A stretch of DNA of 61,139 nt, filler included, from Sluysia triapertura (Eukaryota): assembly GCA_046118255.1 (NCBI GenBank). It is 5 parts of 5 records of this genome, joined end to end, with 100 filler letters (N's around TTAATTAATTAA, not from the genome) between each part and the next. Parts side by side here need not be neighbours in the genome. Positions count along the whole stretch, not along the records: positions 23,625 to 36,746 come from JBJNIA010058210.1; positions 36,847 to 48,323 come from JBJNIA010184324.1; 3 more parts are not named here. The stretch is one strand, 5' to 3'. The notes under the pieces were generated by a model. It worked only from the letters and a program-made list of their open reading frames with translations. It was not told the DNA's origin and did no database searches. Shown here piece after piece: positions 25,861-38,680 of the stretch (the first letter of the stretch is position 1; every line of letters starts with the position of its first letter). Made by a program: the position numbers and the translations under genes.

Positions 25861-27280
25861 AACACAATACAGAATCAAATAACAAAAACACTAAATTGTC
25901 CAGTGTGCACTCTTCTGCAGAACCTGAAGTGTCTAACACGGTTAATCTTACAACACAAAAAATGGAGACTAATTCTAGCGTAGTTGCTATTTGTAAATGG
26001 GGATCGAAATTACTAACTTCACCGAAAAATACCATTTTTTAACAACACCTGCACTGCCAAAAAAGTATACGATACAATCAATTCGATATAGAAACGGTAT
26101 CGAACAAGTTAGTGAAAAGAAAATGATTGTGCTGTCAACACACGATGATCCTATTTTCCAGAAACAATTATCAGTCCAATCAAATTCTTATAATTCTGGC
26201 TCAATAACGAATAAAAATATGTTAATTTTTAATTCCATACATATTTATCATTATTTACATTTTATTATACAGATATATATATACTTTAATAACTCAGTTT
26301 GATGTACCTAGATAAATATTTGTTACATTTGGAATCGTAAATTAATAGTCGCATTTAGTATTATTAAGATTATCTATTTACTATTGAAAGTAACAAATAA
26401 TTATGAAAATAAAATTTAGCAAACCATTTTATTTTTTTAATTATTTTATTTATTACTTAAAGATCAAAAGTATAACTATTTCTTGTGCATTTATTTGTCA
26501 TCTTATAACTTTATAGTATTATAGTTTACAATCAATTGTGAACAATGGTAAACGATTATATTAATAAAATTTGTGCAAAATCTTTTTAAGAGCTTTATGA
26601 ATACATTGTTGCTTTATTATAATAAACATCACTTCATGTTTTTGAATTGCATATCGAATCATTTCTGACTTCAAGTACGATTCATTACTGATTATTTTCT
26701 TGCTACTTCATAGAAAAATGCTCATCACATTTAATCGATTGCATGAAAAAACTACTACTCTCGATAGTTTTCTTGGCAGACCCATATAATTCACAATATA
26801 ATTTATAATAAAAGTTCAAACAAATGTAACAAATAAACTTTGCTATTACCTGTGATATTGTTTTTTGAATTAGGTACTGTGCTGTGTGTTCTGTGTAAAG
26901 TGCAATAATTATCGATGCATCCTAATATTAAGTAAAATGTTTTGTTCAGGTCGACATTTTTTCTTGGAAACACAAAATTATTTTTGGTATCGATATGTTT
27001 TAACAAATTTAAATTTAAAAGCACATGCAATCTACTCAAAAAATAATCAATAATGTACATATTAAATAGTATTTTAAGTCTCAGTTGTTAAATAAATCAA
27101 AGGGATTAAACAGTAGAATCAATTATACTGAAATATTGATTAAATATAAATATATATTTATATTTATATATTCAACACTTCCGTTTTATTAAATGTAAAA
27201 CACAATAACTTGTTGTAACAGTGCGCTTCTTCGACCTTGAACTTATTACATTTCCATGACATTGACTGTTGTAAAGAGAT

Positions 27281-27286
27281 TTATTA

Positions 27287-27334
<48 letters not shown>

Positions 27335-27345
27335 TATTATATTAT
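27281..27345 (+). repeat. (TTA)n microsatellite
   Basis: Seen directly. Similar runs occur at 11610-11650 and 33062-33143 (TTA then TTG). Confidence 0.95.
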
Positions 27346-28290
27346 TTTCTTGTGTAAATAAATACTTTTTTATTTTGTTACTATAGAAACTTTTCTATTT
27401 AAAACATTAGTTTATTTCTAATTTACAAACACAGTAATAATTTATTAAACATCTCGAATTATAAGGTAATTATCGAGTGTTCGCACTGATGAACAATATA
27501 AAGTTAAGGTTGCATTGTTTCAAGTGCTTGTTTAATTTTTAATTTTTTCATTTCATACTTAATTAATGTGTATAATCAAATAATATCGGTTATAACGTGG
27601 TTCTAATTATATCTAGTTGTAAATATTAAGCTCTTTGGTGCTATTTGTTGACCTTGAAAATACTTAATGATTTAAAACTTAACCATTCGTGGTTTCCTGT
27701 CCAGTATCACGGAACACGTTCTTATAAATTTCTTTAAAAAACCATTTTCAAACTCAATAAAATAAAGTAAAATATATATAATACAATTAAAGAAGTTTAT
27801 TTGAAAAAACTTTTTATTCATAAAACCTTAGATTTCAGAAATCATGAAAACACAGACTCTAGACCGAGTCAACAGGACCAATATGATTTATTAATGGATC
27901 CATTTTTTCGTAATCGTTGTGCATTTCTTCATTGATAATCGGTTTCTAGAAAGTAATGAAAATTATTTAATTTCCTGTCATATTGAAATGAAAAATTTTA
28001 AACTCCTTACACTAAATCAATACCCCTAATTATTAGCATCGATGATCATAATTATTGATCTACGACAAAGAAAAGGTTTTGAATATTTTTTGAAAAAAAC
28101 CCTTTATTTGTATAATTAAATCATAGATGAAGCAAAATTCATTTTTAAAAATCATTCTATTAAAGTAAAAATGTCATTAAATAAATACCAATTATGTATA
28201 GATCACGTTTCAATACAGAAACCATTTTGTTGCATTCATTTTTCATTGGGCAACAAAATATTCCAAATTTATAAAATAAAAATATGTCGG

Positions 28291-28543
28291 TTCATAAAAT
28301 GGACTGACCGGGAATCGAACCGGGCCAACCGAGCTAAAGTCCGTCTAACATTTTGTTTTATTGTAATCAATTAGACTATCATTACTCTGTGGCACCTTAG
28401 GCCTGTATCCAACATATCTCACCCAATTCAAACATCTTATAAATAATTTAATTCAACATCAGAAGGGTATTCGATATGTAGGCTCACCAAATGTCAGACT
28501 TCATAAAATAGACTGACCGGGACCTCTCACTGCGCAATTCGAT
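28291..28543 (-). repeat. Two tandem, partly deleted tRNA-Ala-like repeat units about 210 bp apart
   Basis: Copies at 28300-28342 and 28509-28543 share TCAGTCYATTTTATGAA ends. The spacer matches the 5' flank of the 3752 and 48034 copies (TGTTGG...AGGCYTAARGTGYCA...AAAAT(T)GTTAGACGG). Confidence 0.8.
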
Positions 28544-28830
28544 AATGAAAAACGTGTATTGTAATATAATTGTTTAAGTCTCGGAGTAAATATTTCAAAC
28601 CAATTCTAATTTTTTGTTGTGTTTATTACAGTGTATTTTATAATTTTTCATTAATGATACTTGGTCTTATTTTTTCTTTTCGAATAAATCCAGTTTTGCT
28701 TGGTATTCTTCCCAGTTTCAATCTCGCCTTCAGTAGAAACCCCGTAATAGTTGTACTTAATGAATATTTATTTTCTTTCTTTCCGTTATCACTGATCCAT
28801 ATTCAACGTTATTTGTATTATTGCGAATTT
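28544..28830 (-). mobile_element. Possible 3' end of a non-LTR retrotransposon (Tx1/L1-like)
   Basis: Frameshifted IWISDNGKKENKYSLSTTITGFLLKARLKL/EEYQAKLDLFEKK loosely resembles Tx1 ORF2 C-termini. It ends AATACACGTTTTTCATT, abutting the tRNA 3' part. Confidence 0.3.
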
Positions 28831-29294
28831 TAAAGCAAAACATTTTGTTAATCTCGTATATTACAATTATGCAACTTTTCACAAAAACAGCAATTTCTTA
28901 ATTTCTCTTTAATGTTAACGTGAAATAAAACGTATGAATCAAAATTGAATGAAATCGACATCCAGCAGCAACATATCCACATTAAAACAGAAAAATTATA
29001 GGCAATTATGTACTTATTTGAAAGGAAAATATTGTCAATTAAAATTGATTCAAAAAGTTCTAAAATGTGAGAATTTTGTCTGATAATTATCGGTTAATTT
29101 AAACTCTAGAATATTTAAAATTGTCAATAAATAACAATGAATCTATGCATATTGATGAAACTAAAAATGCAATGGAGCAAATTGTAAAACAGTGTACAGA
29201 TATTGTTGCTATTTTCAAGCAGAAATATGGAAAATATAAAATAAAAATATTTATATAATTTAATAATTATTAGCTATTTAAGTTAGTAAGTAGC

Positions 29295-32227
29295 TTATAT
29301 TATTTTAAAAAACTTTAAAATTACTTCTTTTTTAATTGTGGCATAAATTACAGAATTGCTGTTATCGAAATTCTTGTTGATAATCTCTTTAGAGATAATG
29401 GAATTGTTGTTTTTATCTATGTTTCCTCTGGAAAAGTAATTACTTGAGTCTTGAATTTTTCCATTTGCGCTAATAGTGTAGCGGTGATTGTGATATCGAT
29501 TTTGAAATATAATTACACAAAGACTGATGAAAAAACCTGCAGAAAAAATACCAATACAAATTGCGGACCACATTATATACAATTCGCTGGGTTCGACTTT
29601 GAGTTGATCTCCTGAATATAAATTAAAAGATTACTAATTTAAATATAATTATTAACTATTAACTATTGAATGATTTGGAGTTAGTTGTTTTTAAACATGT
29701 GGATCGGTTTTCATGTTTGTTTTGTATATTTAGAAACTTCACAATTTTTCATAGAAATTTCAAAATAGGACATCCCCGAAAAATAAACCCTAGTGTCATA
29801 TTTTGGAGTGAAAATTAATATAAGCCCTGTTTTATTTTCGGGAAACACGATATAATTTTATAACCCTTATGCGTTATTCTTGCTGTGTTCACGAGAGCTT
29901 GTTTTTTAGACCATATTTGTGAGCCATTTGGCCAATAATGTCAGCTCAGAAATTGATTTTATTATAAAATTCCAGTTTCCACTAAACATTTATAATTGTG
30001 GCCGATCCTTCGAAATTTATTCTTCGCCAGTTTGGACTGAACATACCTTCTAAAATCAATTTCATTTATTGAAAAATTTTATTCTAACAACTTAGAATGT
30101 TATTTCAAAAAACACTCAAGAAGGATAATGCAAATTCACGATTTTAATAACACTATACTATCATTTATTTATCAATCATGTTCATAAGATAAAATCAGGT
30201 GCACCTAAATCAAAAATCGGTGCAGAAAATTTATTTGGTGCACCGGGAACAGCACTAGTTAATAGTTATAAAGCCTTATTAAACTAAAGCTTTAATTAAA
30301 TATAAAATCGTGATTTTGAAATATCCTTTTAAATTGGATTGATAAAATCATCGAATTAAAATACTCCCAGCGAAACAAATTACATATTACTAAAGTTTGA
30401 ATTTTTTAACAACGTTGAAATTAATCTACAATGTCTAATCTTTTTAATACTATCAATACATTTTATTTATTTATTTTAATATTTAAAATTTTTTATTTTA
30501 GATATTTAAATTTGTAACTTTTATTATCGACTAATTGTCTGAAAATTAATTACAAAGTTCATTTATTACGATACATTAATTTTTGTAAAAATTTCATAAC
30601 CCTATTTAATCCCAAAAGTAATTAATATATGCATAGATTTTAAATTTTTTAGCATTCTTTGTACAATATCTTGTACCATTGTAGGCGGATTTTATCAATA
30701 GACTTCAAACATTTGAAATATTGAATAAGCATGCCGGTTGCGAATGGGTTTTTCAGTAAAACTTTTATTTTATCGTAAATCACAATAGTCCAAGATTTCA
30801 CTAATCTAATGACAAACGAATTATAAATTCGGTATGAAATAAATATTAATAATTTAATTTGTTTTAATGTTTAGTGTCATTTGTCATTCCAATGTTATAA
30901 AATTGGAAATGTTAATCATAATTGTAATAGAGTTACGTGGAATTTTTCACATTTCTACCCATTTTAAATGCATTAAGCAGCGTTTAATGATTTAATACAA
31001 AATTTGAAAATATTAGCTTTCATTTTCGACAACCTGCTCGAACGTTCATTGGAAAGTCATTTGGATTTGAAATTAAAATTGTTATAAAAATAAAATTATC
31101 AATAATTTATAATAAATCTTCAGCTTAAATATAATTCCAATTTTAATACTTGACTAATTAAATATAACCATTTAAAACTAACTAATGTAAGATTCTGATC
31201 GAACCAAAAACGATATCCTTTGCTCAACTAATTTACTACGACCATCAAAAATATTCAGTTTGGGTTTACAAACAAAATGAAACATAATTGATGAATTTAT
31301 TGCAGAAATTCCAACTTTTAATCGAGGTCCATAAAGTTCAATACCAACTTTTTCCAGTTCTTCTATAGACATGTCATTTCCTGATACCCAAGTACCAATA
31401 ACTTTCGGATTACCATCTGCAACTTGGCAAAAAAATGTTGATTCTGGTGCTACGTACCCTTTTCTAAGTTTACCAATTATTTTCACCTTTGTTGGTTGAT
31501 AATGAACATTCAGATTGATATAAAGTGAATCATTTCCAGCAACACAACCGACTTTTTTATTGAAATGTTTCGTTTCAACAAGAAATTTGTGTTCAAGTTT
31601 TACAAGTGAATTTTTTTGATCTATGGTGTACGTAGATATTCCAGTATCTAAACCGACAATTTTCAATGGTATCATCGGATATCCATATCGCATTTTACAG
31701 ATAACATAACCCCAGCTATTCAAAATAACTCGACCCATAATTCTATCGGTACTTTGCTGATCAATTTCAATTTTCCAACCACGCTTAACAATAATCCAAT
31801 TATATAGTAAAAATTTCGATTGTTTTGACAATATTCTAAACATTTGTACTTCATTTAATGCAAGTTCAGAATCAATATAATGCCAATTCAAATGAATTTG
31901 ATTCAATGAACCATCGAAAGTTATTGAAACATTTAATTGATTGTTACGCAAAGTGTAATTTTGAATTGCAAAACCTTTACCAACTTCTGGATGTGTTAAA
32001 GTACTCAAAGCACCAACGTCGATTTGATTTATAAATTTCCCTGGAACGCCATCATATGAACTAACAATAACTACGGAATCATAAATAGTCATGTTGCTGG
32101 CATTTTTTGGCAATACTAATGAAAATGTTACGGTATCGCCTTGATTAATAATTAACTGTTTTGATAACACTTCCTTGGCGCCAGGAAATGACAGAAGTGT
32201 TATAACGATTAAAAATAATGTTATCAT
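29295..32227 (-). CDS. Type I membrane protein with Ig-like ectodomain, TM helix and ITIM-like tail; exons 32227-31183, 30049-29865, 29611-29325/29295
   Basis: Signal peptide MITLFLIVITLLSFPGA. Ig-like patterns C..YGYP...VGCVA and FFCQVADGNP..W...FVC. Phase-1 GT-AG junctions. TM segment YIMWSAICIGIFSAGFFISLCVIIF; tail SVIYATI. The middle exon is 185 nt and needs two 1-bp corrections to stay open. Confidence 0.75.
29772..29850 (-). mobile_element. pogo/Tigger-like MITE terminus in an intron
   Basis: ...TTTATTTTCGGGAAACACGATA is the reverse complement of the 14658 TIR; internal CCCCGAAAATAAACCCTAG. Confidence 0.65.
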
Positions 32228-32662
32228 CCGATATTTTGCTTTGTAAATTATAAAACTAAATAATAAATTTAAATACCTTTATTGCGTAATGCACAATAAT
32301 TATTTCTTTGTGGATTTGGTTTTATCGCAGTAAAATATCTGTGTAAAGATAAAATCATTGTAAAAAAATTAATTGCAACTGAAAAATACAAATATTTTGA
32401 ATTCAAATTAATAATCTAGATACAAAGTATTTATTCTAGAAATAACCTTGAATTATCATGAACTTTAATATTAACCATCATTATTGATAAGACATAATTT
32501 TGAAACCAAATTAATTTTAAACAATAGATAATTTTAAACATAAATTTTAAATGTTACGCTTATTTTCAAATGTAAATTATTAATTATTAAAAAAATAATC
32601 ACATAACAACTTTAAAATTATATTTAAGTCAATGTGATGTTTATTTTCATATATTTAAATTG

Positions 32663-32962
32663 TTAAACTGATTCTAAAACTGCTGTTGATAATGAATGAA
32701 ACATATTTTTATTTTCTTTTTCATTCGAATTAATAATTTGACTATTTCGATGATAGTTAAAATGATTTTGTTTCGATTTTTTTCGTTCCATAATAAACAT
32801 ACCAAATAGCATGGTTACTAGACAAAATAAGAAAAATAAGCCAAGAATCGCAATTAATAACAAATTATTTAAATAAACTAATATCAAGAACGGTATAATA
32901 CATAAAACCAATAAAATTTTCTTTTGAAATGTAACTTCACGCACTTTCTGCATATTCATCAT
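32663..32962 (-). CDS. Small putative two-TM membrane protein
   Basis: 99-aa ORF with two hydrophobic stretches, a basic RKKSK stop-transfer and a polar tail. No homology recognised. Confidence 0.4.
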   Translation of the reverse strand: MMNMQKVREVTFQKKILLVLCIIPFLILVYLNNLLLIAILGLFFLFCLVTMLFGMFIMERKKSKQNHFNYHRNSQIINSNEKENKNMFHSLSTAVLESV

Positions 32963-33060
32963 TTAAGGTTAATTAAAAAATCAATAATTAAACTTATTAC
33001 TAATATTATGTTATTTTTTAAAATTTTATTGAATCTAATAGTTAAGTTAAAACTAATTGC

Positions 33061-33117
<57 letters not shown>

Positions 33118-33779
33118 GTTGTTGTTGTTGTTGTTGTTGTTGGTATTTTTAATGTTTCCTTAATTTTTTATTTAATTAAAGTTTATTTTAATTCAGATGT
33201 TTGGCTCTAGGTCGATGTAAATCGATTTACTTCAGTAATAATTTGAAAATGTGCATTCTTAACCGTTATGTTGGATCGCGATTATCACAGACTTTATTTC
33301 AACGCACTACAGATTGGATATGGTACAAAGTGATATTTTAACTCAATTTACTTTACTACCAACTTTTCTTGGATGTTTAACTTAACTTCACCTTGATATT
33401 GTATACTTATAATACCTTGCAATATTTAATGTTTTAACTAAATTTTAGATGTTTAAATTATGATTTAATTTTGTGAAATAAACTTATTAAATGAATTAAT
33501 TCATTGAGTATTCGAAGGCTTCATGTTTGGCATCTTAATTGCATACTATATAAAATTAAAATAGGTAATAGTAAAATGCTTAAGAAAGTAATTTAGCTTG
33601 GATCGTTAATTATGGAATGGAGGAAATCAAAAGTAGCTATTGAGTAACTTGATAAATTTCTACAATAAAAATAGTTATTGAGGAGCTCGTCTTATGTACA
33701 GTTTTTGAAAAATAATTCATATAAGCACACATTTCTTTGCGACTATTTCTTTGCAATTTTTTGTGCCTCTTTTATGACG

Positions 33780-34760
33780 CGACATTATGTTTATAAAATT
33801 ATTTTTGAAAAAAATAGATTGCCAAGAGATAAGAAATAAATGTAGCGTTTTTTGGATAGATGATTTGTCAAATAAATTTCAATAGGTTTTGAATCTTGTC
33901 CTGATATTGCGCCAATTACAATATTGGATGCATCAGTTGTAAATACAAACGCCACAATTAGTAGTGAAAACGACAGACCTTGAAATTGTGCAATACAAAG
34001 CTGTCATTACATTGTATGGTTTGGATTTTATTATCGGATGATAATGCAGTTAAAACTGCTATAATTTATGAGAATTTCGGTAAGAAACGGAGACAATAAT
34101 TGACAAGGTCAAGGAAACCCTGTATTTGAATCATTATTTATGGTTAAGAAAAGTTCTTTTTTGATGTTCTTTGTTGTCAAAAGAGATGTGATTAATATAT
34201 TCAATTTTAGAACACAAAATGACATTCTTTCTTCCAGATATTTTGAAATTTGATGGTGTTCCTTTGCCAAATCGGTGAATGAAAAGATTGTGGAACCTCA
34301 AATCGGTGTAAGATATTGGTGATAAGTGGCATTGAACATTCATCAGGAATTGTGACTTCATTCAACATTCTGTAGTCGCTACATATCCTAATAGAACAGC
34401 TTTCTTTTTTGACTATTTAAATTGGCACAATTCTTTATTTTTCAACTTGAAATTCAGGCTCTGACAGTTATCGACGTCTTAGTTTACATTTTGCTGCTGA
34501 TAATTTATTTGGGAAATTGGTAACGGTAGGTAAATGTTCTATCAAAACTTCTTCTTTTAACAGACCTGGGTATTGTTTTCGTACATTAATGCTGTCGTGT
34601 TGCATTATGTGGAATGTCTGTCGTGTTAGATGAACTAAGGGTTTTATTGTTGCAGTCTATCACAAGTTGGTGATTATGGAAGAAATCAATTCCTAATATC
34701 GGTTAATTTGTAGCGATTATGGTTGGAAGCAATCATTAATTAAATCTGTTGAAAAACGCT
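33780..34760 (-). mobile_element. Heavily degenerate Gypsy pol (protease end, RT, RNase H)
   Basis: PILGIDF (~34680-34702), MPLITNIL (~34310-34332) and FVFTTDASNIVIGAISGQDSKPI (~33880-33950) occur in Gypsy order. Confidence 0.75.
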
Positions 34761-36539
34761 TTTCCTTGGTATGCGTTCTTTTTTGATTATTGATATCGCG
34801 TATATATAAAGTGAAGTAAAATTGACAATAAAATCTGATTATTAAATTAAGATAAATCAAGAAAAATTATAACTAAATGAAGTGGTATCCACAACGGTAA
34901 AAGGAGCCTAGAATTATCATTTCGTAACATAAAATATATTTAGTAAATTTTTTAATGTTAAACTTAATTAAATTTAAAAATTTATGAATATCTCTGATTC
35001 TTTCACCAAGCTTAGTATAAGCATATCTCATCTTCCAACTTGATATTTAATGACATTTACTATTAAGCAAAAAGGCTACAAAACTAATAGGATTTAGATT
35101 AATTAGATAACATATTTCTATAAATGCAGATAAAATTTCAATGATGAAATGAAGACACTTACTGTTACATAAGACAACCTTATTACTTCTGTTATATCGT
35201 TTTGTAGTCCGTTGTTGATACATTTCTTTCCCAAATATCATTAAATAAAAAGCACTTTTTAATTATTTTGCCTTCAACTGCTGGTATTGGTGCTCTGGAT
35301 TGAATAGAATTTTTCTTGATACTAGATTCATCTAAATCAGAACTCTTGTGATTTGAAATGCTGGAAATTTAGTGAACATTTTTTAATTGTTGATCTTGTT
35401 TATAGAATGTTTTAAATGATGTCAAAGTAACACTACTACAATCAAATTGGCTCATTCGTTTATATTTTGGTGTTTCATTTATTTTACCTAAATTAAAGGT
35501 ATTTTTATACATAGACATCAATTTTGAATGAAATCGCACTGAAATAGGTTTAAGGTGATTTACTTCACGTTTGGTTGGAATTGATCCTAAATGGTGAAAT
35601 TGTTTAATTGATATTGAAGAAAAGGTAAAGAATTAGATATTAATTTATTTTCTTCAATTTGGATTTGACTATGAATAGTACTGTCGCTTTTATTTGATTT
35701 ATTTGATTCTGATGACATTTTAATCTTTTTAGTTTTTCAGCTTTTAGGGTTGAAGTTGCAAGTATTGATAAATTTATTGATAATAATAATGATGATAATG
35801 ATGATAATAATAATGATAATAATAATAATAAAGACAATAGGAACAGAATAGATTTAAGCAAACATAATAATGTTAGAACGGTATCGTATAGTGGTTTGAA
35901 ATGTAATTTATGTAAGATGTGTCAATTTGTGTTGATGTTTGCTTGTGATTATTATTGTAACGTGATCTTGAGTTCACTACAGGAATTATTAGTTTTGTCG
36001 GTGCCATAAATATAGCGAAGTGCATAAACCCTTCCACGCACTTTCTGACAAGAGTTTTAAAATAGATATAACATTCACATAGGTGCATTTAGCTGGAACT
36101 GTTGATGATGTTGTAGCGGTTTGTGTATTTAATTCAGTGAAGAGTTATAAATTATGTCTTGAATGCTAGATAATTGTAAAAATTTGTAATAATTGCACAT
36201 TTTAGTATTGATCGTAAGACGTTTATTTGAAATTTCAATTTGATTATTATATTATAATACTTAAAGAACATTACTCGAACTTTAATTATAGGCTTATCGA
36301 AAATAAAAATAAGAGACATCATATATATTCACTAAAATTTTGACCTAAAAGATAAATAAAATTTGTTTTTTATTTATATCTATATGAGATATATTCGTTC
36401 AACGTATACAAGCCATGCTATTTTTCTGAATCTTCCATTCTAAAGTTGATATTTGATTACATGACTTTTTGTAGCATCAATACATCTTCGAACATTTGGC
36501 GAAGCCATTTTAATTTTGAAATTCCACGTATTAAAATAT

Positions 36540-36746
36540 TGTAAGAATGTATATAATTTTTAATTTTTATTTGTGTTTGTTCGGATTTTAGTTAATTTAA
36601 CAATCTTAACAATTATGATTTTGTTCGGTTTTTTCTACTTTTACCTGAACAATTATAAAATACAATTTGTTTATAATTTGGGTTCGCCTACGTCAATCGG
36701 TTTACCTAAAATGGACGAGTGCGTAGGATTTTAAAGCTGTGAAAGT
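36540..36746 (+). mobile_element. LTR-like repeat end at a contig break, same family as 48424-48600
   Basis: TGTTC.GTTTTT..ACTT...GAACAATTAT...TGGGTTCGCCTACG...CGTAGGATTTTAAAGC is shared with the reverse complement of 48424-48560. Confidence 0.6.
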
Positions 36747-36846
36747 NNNNNNNNNNNNNNNNNNNNNNNNNNNNNNNNNNNNNNNNNNNNTTAATTAATT
36801 AANNNNNNNNNNNNNNNNNNNNNNNNNNNNNNNNNNNNNNNNNNNN
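36747..36846. other. Artificial contig-joining linker
   Basis: N44-TTAATTAATTAA-N44. Confidence 0.98.
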
Positions 36847-38506
36847 TAAGACCAATTATAATATAATTATCACAGGGTAGAGTTTACTAAAGCTAGACCC
36901 TTATTATATCTAAATTCCTTATCGTTACTACGATTTTATTATTGTTGTTATTATTATCTTTTAAATTTTTTAATAATAATTATTAATAATTGTGTAGTTA
37001 TTATTTTGATATTTTTCGTGCTATTATTATATTTAAATTTTAACGATAATTTTTTAATATTTGTGTTGATAGTATTTTGTTTTTAGTAGAATAAAAATAT
37101 TAGGATTTTAGTGTCTTGTTATTTAAATTGATTTAAAGTGTTCAACGTTAAACTACAGTTACAGCATTATTTTATTAAGTTATTTCGGTATTAAAAATTA
37201 TAATAATTCACACCAAGAAGTTTTACACCTTCACTATTTAACTGACACCTTGTAATAATTTTATTACTTAAATCTAACGTTGGTCTTATCTAGTTTTGCT
37301 TAGTTTTTTAAGTTATTTGTTGTAAAATAACGATTTTGCTTGCTATTGTTAAATAGAGACGAAGCATCTTTTAAAGAGTTAATTTTGATAATTACTTCAC
37401 GTAATTTTTACAGGTACGCCATAGGTAAGTCGTATACTGTAAACGGACTCGTAATAATTAATTATTTTGCTGTAGGTAAGTTTTTAGATTAAAAAGAACC
37501 CAGCAAGTTTAAGGTATTAATTTGCATATCATTACTATATTATTATTTAATGTTATTGTAAAATTGTTATTTGTTTAACGCTAGTAGATTCTTTGGAGAG
37601 TTAGAAAATATTTTTTTGTTACAATTTAATAAATAATTTATTGAACTATTTTTACATAAATCAGACCGTAACAGGCTGGTTTAAATTTTAAAATCTTATT
37701 ATCAATTCGTCAGACCGTAAAAAGGCTGACTTAACTTATAAATAAATTTAAAATATAAAGCAAATTAAGAGTATATCTCAGTTTAATAATTTGGATAAGC
37801 ACCTCAAATTACATAACTTCCATCACAGCCAATTAAAGCATAATTGCTTGTATAAGCATATGTAACGCGTCTAATTAGTCGAACTAACTTCCAGAGCTTA
37901 TTCATTTAGGTTTCTTTTAAGCAAAACCACAGCACAACTTATATAATTCAATAACTCTCAATCATAAGCCATTTTAATTTAACTAAATATTCTGGAGTTT
38001 TTTTAAATATATTTTACTTAAATTTTAAAATTATTATAGAAATAATAAACTAAAGTGTGTAATGTATTTACTTCACTGTGTTTCAATAAATAAGTATTAA
38101 CATGTTTTACATATTTATTCAATGATCAATGATTTTTTGATTTTTGGTTATTTTTAATTAAAGTATCATTTGACTTGAAAATTTGTTGAATAAAATTAAA
38201 CAATATTTTTTAAATATTTTCTTATATTATTAAATTAAAAAGTGTTTTAATTCTAGAGGTTAAAACATTTTTAATTTTAAACAATCTATTTTTAGTTACA
38301 TGGTGTGTATCAAATGAGAGAATAGAAAATATTATGTGACTCATTTTTGCAACAGCGTGTGTTTATTTGCTATTGGTGTGTTTGGGATATTTGCATTAAT
38401 CAATACTTATCAGAAAAATGTACTTTATGACGATAATTTGATTTCAAATACTCTAGACTTAAAGAAAAACTTAAAGAAAATTAAGGCTTGAAGTTTGACT
38501 TTAAAG

Positions 38507-38680
38507 ATGAATATCAAGTGTCCAGATATATTATGGTCAATTTTGTGGTTTATTGTGTGGATATTATTTTGTTGGCCGGTTTCTTTCATAATAGCCGTTG
38601 TTGAGGTGTTAATTGTGCCATTTTGTGCTTGTATTGATGGAGCTAAACCAGTTTGTGAAGTGTTGGATAAAGTATTTAAA
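38507..38680 (+). CDS. First coding exon of a small cysteine-rich hydrophobic membrane protein
   Basis: MNIKCPDILWSILWFIVWILFCWPVSFIIAVVEVLIVPFCACIDGAKPVCEVLDKVFK, then donor AAA|GTATGT. Locally raised GC. Confidence 0.65.

Noticed and set aside
25997-28000. Possible small exons (25997-26220, 27831-27936), and others at 45350-46135, 51940-52080 and 58150-58450
   Set aside because: Coding-like composition, but no recognisable homology or consistent splice chain.
29865-30049. Stop-codon reassignment to explain in-frame stops here and at 43839
   Set aside because: The exon length is not a multiple of three, which implies indels, and the intact ATP1B ORF reads normally with the standard code and ends in TAA.
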